Part shown: one piece after another, positions 19,690-32,418 of the stretch | Position numbering within the stretch: the first letter of the stretch is position 1 | How the letters are laid out: the number at the start of each line of letters is the position of its first letter | Source: Macrostomum lignano | Taxonomy: Eukaryota | Length of the DNA: 64,000 nucleotides | NCBI GenBank assembly: GCA_002269645.1 | Contig: NIVC01000516.1 | Location: 1 to 64,000 of the forward strand | Direction: 5' to 3' | Notes under the pieces: model-generated | Database searches by the model: none | What the model was told of the DNA's origin: nothing | The model's input: the letters and a program-made list of their open reading frames with translations, nothing else | Program-made: the position numbers and the translations under genes

Positions 19690-20875
19690 TGTCACTAGTC
19701 ACTTGTCAAATTGTCACTGGTCACTTGTCAAATTGTCACTGGGGTCACTTGTCAAATTGTCACTGGTCACTTGTCAAATTGTCACTGGTCCCTTGTCAAA
19801 TTGTCACTGGTCCCTTGTCAAATTGTCACTGGTCCCTTGTCAAATTGTCACTGGTCCCTTGTCAAATTGTCACTGGGGTCACTTGTCAAATTGTCACTGG
19901 TCCCTTGTCAAATTTTCACTGGTCCCTTGTCAAATTGTCCCTGGGGTCACTTGTCAAATTGTCACTGGTCACTTGTAAAATTGTCACTGGTCACTTGTCA
20001 AATTGTCACTGGGGTCACTTGTCAAATTGTCACTGGTCCCTTGTCAAATTGTCACTGGTCCCTTGTCAAATTGTCACTGGTCCCTTGTCAAATTGTCACT
20101 GGTCCCTTGTCAAATTGTCACTGGTCCCTTGTCAAATTGTCACTGGTCCCTTGTCAAATTGTCACTGGTCCCTTGTCAAATTGTCACTGGGGTCACTTGT
20201 CAAATTGTCACTGGTCCCTTGTCAAATTGTCACTGGTCCCTTGTCAAATTGTCACTGGTCACTTGTCAAATTGTCACTGGTTACTTGTCAAATTGTCACT
20301 GGTCACTTGTAAAATTGTCACTAGGGTCACTTGTCAAATTGTCACTGGTCACTTGTCAAATTGTCACTGGTCACTTGTAAAATTGTCACTAGGGTCACTT
20401 GTCAAATTGTCACTGGTCCCTTGTCAAATTGTCACTGGTTACTTGTAAAATTTTCACTAGGGTCACTTGTCAAATTGTCACTAGGGTCACTTGTCAAATT
20501 GTCACTGGTCACTTGTAAAATTGTCACTAGGGTCACTTGTCAAATTGTCACTGGTCCCTTGTCAAATTGTCACTGGTCCCTTGTCAAATTGTCACTGGTC
20601 CCTTGTCAAATTGTCACTGGTCCCTTGTCAAATTGTCACTGGTCCCTTGTCAAATTGTCACTGGGGTCACTTGTCAAATTGTCACTGGTCACTTGTCAAA
20701 TTGTCACTGGTCACTTGTCAAATTGTCACTGGTCACTTGTAAAATTGTCACTGGGGTCCCTTGTCAAATTGTCACTGATCACTTGTCAAATTGTCACTGG
20801 GGTCACTTGTCAAATTGTCACTGGGGTCACTTGTCAATTGTCACTGGTCACTTGTCAAACTGTCACTGATCACTT
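19690..20875. repeat. 22/24-bp minisatellite (GGTCACTTGTCAAATTGTCACT)
   Basis: Direct reading. Confidence 0.95.
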
Positions 20876-21677
20876 GCCACATTTGAACCAAATTCGAGCG
20901 TTGCTGTTCTTCTATAATACTTTTGTTTCAAAACTGTTTCTTGACAAACTTTGTGAACGCAAGGAAGTTGCTCATTTTTGTGTGCTCCTAGTTCATGCTT
21001 CAAGGAGGAGTGGGGTAATCAAGACCCAAGTTCGATTCCGCCACATTAATAATAGTCTTCAGTGATGAGAGAGAGCCACTATGTGAGTGAGCACCTGAGC
21101 TCAGAGGTCAGGTATGCATGCTTAATTGCTTCCCATGCTGATTGAGGCAAGTCTCTGCTCAGGATTGCCACCCTTAGGCAACTATGAGAGATGGGAAAAT
21201 GTATAAACAAGGATCACAACTAACTGAGGACGGGAGAGAAGCAGTGAGACTCCGCACTGCATCCAGTCAGTCAGTTAGCAGCTGCGTGAAAGGTATTCAA
21301 TCATCAGTAGTCGGCCCCCGACTGCTTATATTAGTTTTTTTGGGAAATTCAATAACTTCTCCCACAAGAAGGAAAGTTGAGCCCTGTGTAACAAAACCCG
21401 AGACCCCCGAGGCGACGCGATGCAAACTTTTAGCGTCGTCCCGAACTGCCGACACAGAGCAGAGAAAATTAAATTTTCTGTTCGATCGGATCGCTACAGC
21501 TCGACCGCTGCTAGTTGGCCGGGGGTAGCATTGATCCGGGACAGAATGATAGCAGCTCGAGTGAGTTGAGAGGGCCAGGAACACGCGGTCACTTCTTCAG
21601 TTCGAAAGTTAACTAATTTAACGATTGCTGCTTTCTGCTTGCGTATTCTTTAGAGCTGGTTAGTGCTTATGGTTGAA

Positions 21678-24255
21678 AGGAATAGAATGGATTGCTAATC
21701 TAGCCAATACATGGATGCAGGAATAGAATGGATTGCTAATCTAGCCAATACACGGATGCAGGAATAGAATGGATTGCTAATCTAGCCAATACACGGATGC
21801 AGGAATAGAATGGATTGCTAATCTAGCCAATGCATGGATGCAGGAATAGAATGGATTGCTAATCTAGCCAATACATGGGTGCAGGAATAGAATGGATTGC
21901 TAATCTAGCCAATACATGGATGCAGGAATATAATGGATTGCTAATCTAGCCAATACACGGATGCAGGAATAGAATGGATTGCTAATCTAGCCAATGCATG
22001 GATGCAGGAATAGAATGGATTGCTAATCTAGCCAATACACGGATGCAGGAATAGAATGGATTGCTAATCTAGCCAATACACGGATGCAGGAATAGAATGG
22101 ATTGCTAATCTAGCCAATACACGGATGCAGGAATAGAATGGATTGCTAATCTAGCCAATACACGGATGCAGGAATAGAATGGATTGCTAATCTAGCCAAT
22201 GCATGGGTGCAGGAATAGAATGGATTGCTAATCTAGCCAATACACGGATGCAGGAATAGAATGGATTGCTAATCTAGCCAATGCATGGATGCAGGAATAG
22301 AATGGATTGCTAATCTAGCCAGTACACGGATGCAGGAATAGAATGGATTGCTAATCTAGCCAATACACGGATGCAGGAATAGAATGGATTGCTAATCTAG
22401 CCAATGCATGGATGCAGGAATAGAATGGATTGCTAATCTAGCCAATGCATGGGTGCAGGAATAGAATGGATTGCTAATCTAGCCAATACACGGATGCAGG
22501 AATAGAATGGATTGCTAATCTAGCCAATGCATGGGTGCAGGAATAGAATGGATTGCTAATCTAGCCAATACACGGATGCAGGAATAGAATGGATTGCTAA
22601 TCTAGCCAATACATGGATGCAGGAATAGAATGGATTGCTAATCTAGCCAATACATGGATGCAGGAATAGAATGGATTGCTAATCTAGCCAATGCATGGAT
22701 GCAGGAATAGAATGGATTGCTAATCTAGCCAATACACGGATGCAGGAATAGAATGGATTGCTAATCTAGCCAATACATGGATGCAGGAATAGAATGGATT
22801 GCTAATCTAGCCAATACACGGATGCAGGAATACATGTAGAATGGATTGCTAATCTAGCCAATACACGGATGCAGGAATAGAATGGATTGCTAATCTAGCC
22901 AATACATGGGTGCAGGAATAGAATGAATTGCTAATCTAGCCAATGCATGGATGCAGGAATAGAATGGATTGCTAATCTAGCCAATGCATGGGTGCAGGAA
23001 TAGAATGGATTGCTAATCTAGCCAATGCATGGATGCAGGAATAGAATGGATTGCTAATCTAGCCAATACACGGATGCAGGAATAGAATGGATTGCTAATC
23101 TAGCCAATACACGGATGCAGGAATAGAATGGATTGCTAATCTAGCCAATGCATGGATGCAGGAATAGAATGGATTGCTAATCTAGCCAATACATGGATGC
23201 AGGAATAGAATGGATTGCTAATCTAGACAATGCATGGATGCAGGAATAGAATGGATTGCTAATCTAGACAATGCATGGATGCAGGAATAGAATGGATTGC
23301 TAATCTAGCCAATGCATGGATGCAGGAATAGAATGGATTGCTAATCTAGCCAATGCATGGGTGCAGGAATAGAATGGATTGCTAATCTAGCCAATGCATG
23401 GATGCAGGAATAGAATGGATTGCTAATCTAGACAATGCATGGATGCAGGAATAGAATGGATTGCTAATCTAGCCAATACACGGATGCAGGAATAGAATGG
23501 ATTGCTAATCTAGCCAATACACGGATGCAGGAATAGAATGGATTGCTAATCTAGCCAATACACGGATGCAGGAATAGAATGGATTGCTAATCTAGCCAAT
23601 GTATGGATGCAGGAATAGAATGGATTGCTAATCTAGCCAATGCATGGGTGCAGGAATAGAATGGATTGCTAATCTAGCCAATGCATGGATGCAGGAATAG
23701 AATGGATTGCTAATCTAGACAATGCATGGATGCAGGAATAGAATGGATTGCTAATCTAGCCAATACACGGATGCAGGAATAGAATGGATTGCTAATCTAG
23801 CCAATACATGGGTGCAGGAATAGAATGGATTGCTAATCTAGCCAATACACGGATGCAGGAATAGAATGGATTGCTAATCTAGCCAATACACGGATGCAGG
23901 AATAGAATGGATTGCTAATCTAGCCAATACACGGGTGCAGGAATAGAATGGATTGCTAATCTAGCCAATGCATGGATGCAGGAATAGAATGGATTGCTAA
24001 TCTAGCCAATACATGGATGCAGGAATAGAATGGATTGCTAATCTAGCCAATACACGGATGCAGGAATAGAATGGATTGCTAATCTAGCCAATACACGGAT
24101 GCAGGAATAGAATGGATTGCTAATCTAGCCAATACACGGATGCAGGAATAGAATGGATTGCTAATCTAGTCAATACACGGATGCAGGAATAGGATGGACT
24201 GCTAATCTAGCCAATACACGGATGCAGGAATAGAATGGATTGCTAATCTAGCCAA
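21678..24255 (-). repeat. 41-bp minisatellite, ~63 copies, inverted copy of the 11641-12018 family
   Basis: Unit AGGAATAGAATGGATTGCTAATCTAGCCAATRCAYGGRTGC. Confidence 0.97.
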
Positions 24256-24809
24256 AACCATTGATTTAGAAACGGAGTAAATGACTAATCTGTCCAATGC
24301 ACCTACTCATCAAATATTTATGCGAACCGTATCATCACCCGAGAACCGTGTCAGTGCCAACTCCCAGCCTTCTAAAGGAAATTCAGCCAAATCAGTCCAA
24401 CACCTATTCCCTATCATCTCTTTGCCGCGTTCTGTATTTATCCTTTTCATCCCCCCATGTCGCTAAAACCAACATCGAGCTGATTAGAGGCGGCAGAATG
24501 CATTTTCCATTTTCTGCCTCAGCTCAGCCTCAGCTCCCTCATCACCCTACCCAGCCATCCAAATGTAATTGAAGCTGCATCAGCTGTGCCTCAGCGGCAG
24601 CATTGAAACTGCTGAACCAACAGCAGCTGTGCCGTTCGGTGTCGGCAATGGCTGAGGCGAGAGCTCAACTGCAGAGAGAAAGTCATTTGGACAGAGAAGG
24701 GGGGATGAGCATCTCAACCTAACCGTGTGTGTGTGTTTGGCCTCGGCTGCAGCTGTTGGTGGTGTTGTCTTGGCGAGATACCCGCATCATCTGCGTCACT
24801 GCCATGCCC

Positions 24810-25545
24810 GCCTCTCTCTCCAGCTTCCTTCATTTCTCCATGCTGCACGTTTCTCCCTATCTATTTCCTTCTCTCTCTCCCTTTCCTCCTCCCCCCTCCT
24901 CTCCCTCTCCTCTCCCTCTCCCCTCTCCTTCTCTCTCGCTTCCCTCCCTCTCCTTCTCTCCTTCTCTCCCTCTCCTTCTCTCCTTCTCTCCCTCTCCTTC
25001 TCTCCCTCTCCTTCTCTCCTTCTCTCCTTCTCTCCCTCTCCTCTCCCTCTCCTTCTCTCTCTCTCCTTCTCTCCCTCTCCTTCCTTCCCTCTCCTTCTCT
25101 CCCTCTCTCCTTCTCTTTCTCTACCTTTCCCTCTCTCTCCTCTCTCTCCAGCTTCCCTCATCTCTCCACGCTGCACAATTCTCCCTGTCTATCTCATTCT
25201 CTCCCTCTACTTCTCCCCGTCTCCTTCTCTTCCCTCCTTCTCTCCCTCTCCTTCTGTCCCTCTCCTTCTGTCCCTCTCCTTCTGTCCCTCTCCTTCTGTC
25301 CCTCTCCTTCTCTCCCTCTCCTTCTCTCCCTCTCCTTCTCTCCCTCTCCTTCTCTCCCTCTCCTTCTCTCCCTCTCCTTCTCTCCCTCTCCTTCTCTCCC
25401 TCTCCTTCTCTCCCTCTCCTTCTCTCCCTCTCCTTCTCTCCCTCTCCTTCTCTCCCTCTCCTTCTCTCCCTCTCATTCTCTCCTTCTCTCCCCTCCCTCT
25501 CCCTCTATCTCTCTTCTTCTCTCCCTATCCTTTCCTCTCGCTTCA
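24810..25545. repeat. Pyrimidine-rich 14-bp repeat (CTCCTTCTCTCCCT)
   Basis: Direct reading. Confidence 0.93.
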
Positions 25546-26466
25546 CTCTCCATTTCGTGTTTCTGATCTCTCATTTTGAGTTTGCCATCTACCCAACTCC
25601 AACTCCACAAGCTCCTACCAGCCACTTTCCCCTCTGTCTCCCATATTAGCGTTCAGCTATAAATTCAAGCCATTTACCAGAGAGTCTGGTCCTTCCGGCT
25701 TCTGAGTTCAGTCAGTCAGTCGGTCAGTCAGTCACCCAGTCAGCAGTTTTGCACCAATTTAGATAATGGACCCGGCCAGCCCTCTCTCGTAGCAGTAAAT
25801 CCGGATCGAATGAAGCTGAAATATGCTGAGGACACACAGACAGTCAGTCGGGGATCATTTATTTCGAATGGTAGAAAAATAATTCCGTGACCCTGCACTT
25901 AGAGCGAAATTTAATTCCCACTTGGAAGCTCAGGAGCTAAGTTAAAAATTTCAAGCTCAGATCAATGCGCAAGCAGAAGAGACTGGGGGGTTCCTTTATT
26001 TTTCCTCTTTCACCCTCTCTCTCTCTTTCCACTGCGGCGAACCCCTGGGGATCAACAGAGGATAGCTATTATATGCTACCTATATAGTGTACACAGGCAT
26101 ACACATGCATTAGCCAAAGGACTGTGTCTAAACAAAATCAATAAATAATTCAAAAGACTTTACAGAGACAGACAGCTGCTGGACCCGAGAGAGGGGGGGT
26201 GTTATGAGGGTAGATAGAGAGAGAGGCCCTCTTGCAGGAGCAGAAAACGGGTGGGAAGACTTCGAGTCAAGCTGACGGTAAACAGGAAAAGCCTGCTACG
26301 CACTACTTGAAGTAGAAAAGTTTAGAGTAAAATACAGCATGACAATCGAAATATGTTTGAGAAGGGCATCTGAAGGTAATTTAAGCGCGGGATTTAAACA
26401 TCTGAGCAGAAATATGAAGGTGGCACTCTAGTGATTTAAGAGCTCTGCAAACGTGACACGTTTTTT

Positions 26467-28830
26467 AACCTGAAGCTATAAAATAGAACCTGAAGCTATA
26501 AAATAGAACCTGAAGCTATAAAATAGAACCTGAAGCTATAAAATAGAAACTGAAGCTATAAAATAGAACCTGAAGCTATAAAATAGAAACTGAAGCTATA
26601 AAATAGAACCTGAAGCTATAAAATAGAAACTGAAGCTATAAAATAGAACCTGAAGCTATAAAATAGAAACTGAAGCTATAAAATAGAACCTGAAGCTATA
26701 AAATAGAACCTGAAGCTATAAAATAGAAACTGAAGCTATAAAATAGAAACTGAAGCTATAAAATAGAACCTGAAGCTATAAAATAGAAACTGAAGCTATA
26801 AAATAGAAACTGAAGCTATAAAATAGAACCTGAAGCTATAAAATAGAAACTGAAGCTATAAAATAGAACCTGAAGCTATAAAATAGAAACTGAAGCTATA
26901 AAATAGAACCTGAAGCTATAAAATAGAAACTGAAGCTATAAAATAGAACCTGAAGCTATAAAATAGAAACTGAAGCTATAAAATAGAAACTGAAGCTATA
27001 GAATAGAAACTGAAGCTATAAAATAGAAACTGAAGCTATAAAATAGAAACTGAAGCTATAAAATAGAAACTGAAGCTATAAAATAGAAACTGAAGCTATA
27101 AAATAGAACCTGAAGCTATAAAATAGAACCTGAAGCTATAAAATAGAAACTGAAGCTATAAAATAGAACCTGAAGCTATAAAATAGAAACTGAAGCTATA
27201 AAATAGAACCTGAAGCTATAAAATAGAAACTGAAGCTATAAAATAGAACCTGAAGCTATAAAATAGAAACTGAAGCTATAAAATAGAACCTGAAGCTATA
27301 AAATAGAAACTGAAGCTATAAAATAGAACCTGAAGCTATAAAATAGAAACTGAAGCTATAAAATAGAAACTGAAGCTATAAAATAGAAACTGAAGCTATA
27401 AAATAGAAACTGAAGCTATAAAATAGAACCTGAAGCTATAAAATAGAACCTGAAGCTATAGAATAAAAGCTGAAGTGACAAATTTTGAACCTGAAGCTAT
27501 AAAATAGAAACTGAAGCTATAAAATAGAACCTGAAGCTATAAAATAGAAACTGAAGCTATAAAATAGAACCTGAAGCTATAAAATAGAAACTGAAGCTAT
27601 AAAATAGAACCTGAAGCTATAAAATAGAAACTGAAGCTATAAAATAGAAACTGAAGCTATAGAATAGAAACTGAAGCTATAAAATAGAAACTGAAGCTAT
27701 AAAATAGAAACTGAAGCTATAAAATAGAAACTGAAGCTATAAAAAAGAAACTGAAGCTATAAAATAGAACCTGAAGCTATAAAATAGAACCTGAAGCTAT
27801 AAAATAGAAACTGAAGCTATAAAATAGAACCTGAAGCTATAAAATAGAAACTGAAGCTATAAAATAGAACCTGAAGCTATAAAATAGAAACTGAAGCTAT
27901 AAAATAGAACCTGAAGCTATAAAATAGAAACTGAAGCTATAAAATAGAACCTGAAGCTATAGAATAGAAACTGAAGCTATAAAATAGAAACTGAAGCTAT
28001 AAAATAGAAACTGAAGCTATAAAATAGAAACTGAAGCTATAAAATAGAACCTGAAGCTATAAAATAGAACCTGAAGCTATAGAATAAAAGCTGAAGTGAC
28101 AAATTTTGAACCTTAAGCGACTCATTTCGAATCTGAAGTGACACATTTCGAATCTGAAGCGACAGATTTAGAACCTGAAGCAACACAATAAAATCTGAAG
28201 CGACAGATTTAGAACCTGAAGCGACTCATTTCGAATCTGAAGTGACAAATTTTGAACCTTAAGCGACTCATTTCGAATCTGAAGTGACACATTTCGAATC
28301 TGAAGCGACAGATTTAGAACCTGAAGCAACACAAATAAAATCTGAAGCGAAAGATTTAGAACCTGAAGCGACTCATTTCGAATCTGAAGCGATACAATTC
28401 GAACCTGAAGCGACAGATTTAGAACCAGAAGCGACTCATTTCGAATCTGAAGCGACACATTTAAAATCTGAAGCGACACAATTCGAACCTGAAGCAACAG
28501 AATTCGAATCTGAAGCGACACAATTCAAACCTGAAGCGACTCATTCCGAATCTGAAGCGACTCATTTCGAACCTGAAGCGACACAATTCGAACCTGAAGC
28601 GACAGATTTAGAACCAGAAGCGACTCATTTCGAATCTGAAGCGACATTTAAAATCTGAAGCGACACAATTCGAACCTGAAGCAACAGAATTCGAATCTGA
28701 AGCGACACAATTCAAACCTGAAGCGACTCATTCCGAATCTGAAGCGACTCATTTCGAACCTGAAGCGACACATTTCGAACCTGAAGCGACACATTTCGAA
28801 CCTGAAGCGACAGATTTAGATTCTGAAGCC
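26467..28830. repeat. Compound array: 20-bp (AAMCTGAAGCTATAAAATAG, ~80 copies) grading into diverged 21-bp units (GAACCTGAAGCGACTCATTTC)
   Basis: Direct reading; transition at about 28080. Confidence 0.95.
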
Positions 28831-28914
28831 AACTCTCAATTAGTTTTATTTTAATTTACAGAGACGTTAATGGCAAGGTGGACTTTTACACATTCAATGT
28901 CCGCCACAGACTGT

Positions 28915-29206
28915 TCAGTTCGCTTCAGTCGGACCAGCGTCTCCGCTAGCCAGGGTGAGCACACTGCTGCCCATAGCAACCGGGTGCTGCTGAGTAGCCT
29001 CATCGTTGCCGCCTCGCCGTCGCCTCCGCCAACGTCGCCAGATCTTCCCGATGGCGTCGCCCGCAGTCACCGCCGCGGCCAAGACCGTGACGCCTAGCAG
29101 CCAGGCCTGAGCAGCGGCAGCCGCTTCGAGCTCAAAGTTGCGTTGGCAACTAGCCGGCGAGCTGGTGTTACCGGCCGCTTCGGTCATGCTGAAGCTGCAC
29201 TGCGCC
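28915..29206 (-). CDS. Possible exon of unidentified membrane protein
   Basis: caattag| acceptor, GC-rich open frame of about 97 codons with hydrophobic AWLLGVTVLAAAVTAG followed by basic KIWRRWRRRRR; no homolog recognised. Confidence 0.3.
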
Positions 29207-29459
29207 TAATTGGATTAGGAAGAGTCCGATTTTATAGCAAGCTGGAGTAGGCGCACCTGATGAGACTCCAATAAGGCCTACAAAGAGTTTTCTGTGAACA
29301 AAGAAGCTATTTGCTGCGAAGCGAGCTTTGTGTAGCAATAGTTTGGGGCCCGGCAGTGAGCGAGAGATAATTGATTGGTCCGTGCTTATATGGAGCTCTA
29401 GAAAACTGAAGTAAACAAGTGGAATTGTGGGACCTCTCTTATAATGATGCGCTCTAGGG

Positions 29460-29713
29460 GAGAATAGAAAGACTGAGAAAGGGGATAAGAGGAAAGAGAG
29501 AGAGAGAGAAGAGAGAGAGAGGAGAGAGGAAGAGAGGGGAGAGGGAGAGAGGCGAGAAGGAGAAAGAGGAGATGGAGAGAGAGAGAAGAGGGAGAGAGGG
29601 AAGGAGAAGAGGGTGAGAGGGAAGAGGGAGAGAGAGAAAGGACGAGAGAGAGAGAGGGAAGAGGGACAAAGGGGAGAGTGGCGAGAAGGAGAAAGAGGAG
29701 ATAGAGAGAGAGA

Positions 29714-29763
<50 letters not shown>

Positions 29764-29810
29764 AGAGGGGAGAGGGAGTGATGGGAGAGGGATAGAGGGG
29801 AGAGGGAGCG
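29460..29810. repeat. GA-rich tract with (GA)n
   Basis: Direct reading. Confidence 0.9.
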
Positions 29811-30399
29811 AAGTCGAGGGAAGACAGCTAGAAAATTATGAGGAAGTTAAATGCAGTCATTAATTTATTTTCAACCTGCTACTGTTTCTAAGTAGTAACA
29901 TGATTAGGCAATGTATGTGCACAGCTATAGCACTATCAAAGCCAAAATTATCCCCTTTTGCTATTGCTTGAAATCCCAAAACCAATGACCCAGGGCGCAA
30001 CAAATTGACGGTCATTTTATCCGCTTCAAATTAATTTGCAGCTGTCAGAATGTCAATCTCCAAACCCACTGGCCGCGGGCTGCTGTACGGCGGCGGGTAA
30101 ACAGGTGGGGGGATAAGAATCCCATTGTGAGCTGAATAGACATGCCGGAAACAGCAAAAAAGTGGAAAAATTCCCTGTGCAATTCATTTGGGCTTGGCTT
30201 TGAGTTTTTGCTCTCCCGTTAATTTCCGGAGATGCCTCAGGCCGTGAGGCTGTCATGGCAACCGTGATTAGCCACGTTTGTGAGAGCGGCTTGCTAAATA
30301 CAACTCGCCTCTGACTCCGGCTGCATCTGCGGCAACAAAGGGATTGGAGGAAGCTGAGGCCTTGGTTCGCCACCTGAATCTCGAGCGATTCAAGTGAAT

Positions 30400-31225
30400 C
30401 TGAAGTGTCATATTATAAACTGAAGCGACTTGAAAGAACCTGAAGCGACTCAATTGAACCTGAAGCGACTCAAAAGAAACTTAAGCGACTCAATAAAATC
30501 TGAAGCGACTCAGTAGAACCTGAAGCGACTCAATATAACCTGAAGCGACTCAGTAGAACCTAAAGCGACTCAGTAGAACCTGAAGTGACTCAGTAGAACC
30601 TGAAGCGACTCAATATAACCTAAAGCGACTTAAAAGAACCTGAAGCGACTCAATAGAACCTGAAGCGACTCAATAAAATCTGAAGCGACTCAGTAGAACC
30701 TGAAGCGACTCAATTGAACCTGAAGCGACTCAGTAGAACCTAAAGCGACTCAGTAGAACCTGGAGCGACTCAATAGAACCTGAAGCGACTCAGTAGAATC
30801 TGAAGCGACTCAATAGAACCTGAAGCGACTCAGTGGAACCTGAAGCGACTCAATATAACCTGAAGCGACTCAGTAGAACCTGAAGCGACTCAATATAACC
30901 TGAAGCGACTTGAAAGAACCTGAAGCGACTTGAAAGAACCTGAAGCGACTCAATAGAACCTGAAGCGACGCAGTAGAACCTGAAGCGACTCAATAGAACC
31001 TGAAGCGACTCAATAGAACCTGAAGCGACTCAATAGAACCTGAAGCGACTCAGTAGAACCTGAAGCTACCCAATAAAATCTGAAGCGACCTGAAAGAACC
31101 TGAAGTGAACCAATAAAACCTGAAGCGGCTCAGTAGAACTGAAGCGACCCAATAAACCTGAAGCGACCTGAAAGAACCTGAAGTGAATCAATTGAGCCTG
31201 AAGCGACTCAGTAGAACCTGAAGCA
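30400..31225. repeat. 20-bp minisatellite (AACCTGAAGCGACTCAGTAG)
   Basis: Direct reading. Confidence 0.93.
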
Positions 31226-31509
31226 ATGAGGCGCTTCAGTACAGCCACCAGTCACCGGTTGGAAGGCCGGAGGCGCAGTGAGTTCGGATGCGGAGGCAGC
31301 GCCAGTCAGCTCAGCAGGCGGTCCATTGCTCTGCAGCCGCGGCACCACCTGCTGGCGTCTCCCGACGCGTCGGGGAAGTCGGAGATTCACGAAAATCTGG
31401 GTGCACCGCCGCAGGAGGGGTGAGGTTTAAAACTAGTATTATAATAGGAGTATTGCGTTCCTGACCTTTGACCGCTTCATTCAATTCTGACCTCTCGTTT
31501 CGAATTTAG

Positions 31510-31640
31510 GCCCCTATCCCGACTTTTGACCCCCCCGTATTTCGACTTTTGACCCCCTATTTCGACTTTTGACCCCTCTATCCCGACTTTTGACCCCCCC
31601 TATCCCGGATTTTGATTCCCCAATCCCGACTTTTGACCCC
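31510..31640. repeat. Short degenerate repeat (CGACTTTTGACCCCC)
   Basis: About 5-6 copies. Confidence 0.8.
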
Positions 31641-31692
31641 CCGTATTACTCAACTTTGCTGCATCATATGCACATAAATTTACTATCGTAGG

Positions 31693-32418
31693 ACTCAAAT
31701 TTTTGTCGTTTCCATGCCAACGCCTGGCAGTAGAAAGCCAAACTTCCTCAGCTTCCCCACTGAGTTTGCCGTGTTCCGTGTTTGCCAACCCAGCTGCAGG
31801 GGTTAGCCTCAGACTCCTCATGTTTGCCGCCCTTTGCTCTGAACCTTACATTTGCGAGTATATTAAGCTGCGCTCCCAGCTGCTTCTGGAAATCCCAAAC
31901 CATTGTTTCGTGACTGGTCAAGAATGGAGTTAAAAATCGGCAGTCACCATGGAAACGCTTCAGAGTGAGTAGCTGTTACACTGTTTTTTATGACAGAAAT
32001 TTGAAAGAGTGAATCAAGTTTGATATGATAAAGAAAAAAGGCTTGTAGAAGACTTTGATCATCTGTTACTAATGCTGTCCATAGTCACCTGGTGCCATCT
32101 GTTGAAGGTGCCGACGGCATCAGGGGAATGACGGAATGCTTGAGAGACTAGCTGAGGATGTCCGGCAGTTGAGTTTTGAGATCAGTGAGACTCGAGAAGT
32201 TCGCAACAGGGTTTCCATAGTCACCTGGTGCCACCCGTTGAAGGTCCAGAAGCTCCGCCTGGGTGAAGGCCAGTGATCAACGAGTCAGAGCTGATGCGCT
32301 TTATGGAAAAAATCCCACCTTCTGGCAGAATCGTCGAATATCTCGACGGTCCGGAAGGCAGGCAACTTGATTCTTATTTGAAAAGGTTGAAGCGATCTCT
32401 TTAGAGATTTAACATTTT
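31693..32418. other. Cluster of small exon-like segments of an unidentified gene, strand unresolved
   Basis: Minus model 32418-32319, 32258-32225, 32151-32089, 31972-31850, 31793-~31693 is GT-AG and phase-consistent. A plus-strand model (e.g. 31880-31964, 32085-32107, 32274-32404) is also phase-consistent. Confidence 0.3.
31943..31956 (+). promoter_or_regulatory. RFX X-box candidate GTCACCATGGAAAC, 1.8 kb upstream of ADGB ATG
   Basis: Full match to GTYNCY-AT-RGNAAC. Confidence 0.4.

Noticed and set aside
19563-21065. Cys/His-rich (CQIVTGPLSNCHW)n ORFs resembling zinc fingers
   Set aside because: A 22/24-bp minisatellite open in all three frames.
21678-24255. CRISPR-like regular arrays (41-bp, 46-bp, 26-bp)
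   Set aside because: No unique spacers, no cas genes, and a eukaryotic intron context.
28168-28658. (EPEATHF)n acidic repeat protein
   Set aside because: A 21-bp satellite continuous with a non-coding 20-bp array; frame breaks occur and there is no unique flanking coding sequence.
29257-29290. CTGATGAG hammerhead-like cores (also minus strand ~3960 and plus ~58587)
   Set aside because: No stem II followed by GAAA and no cleavage-site stem could be formed.
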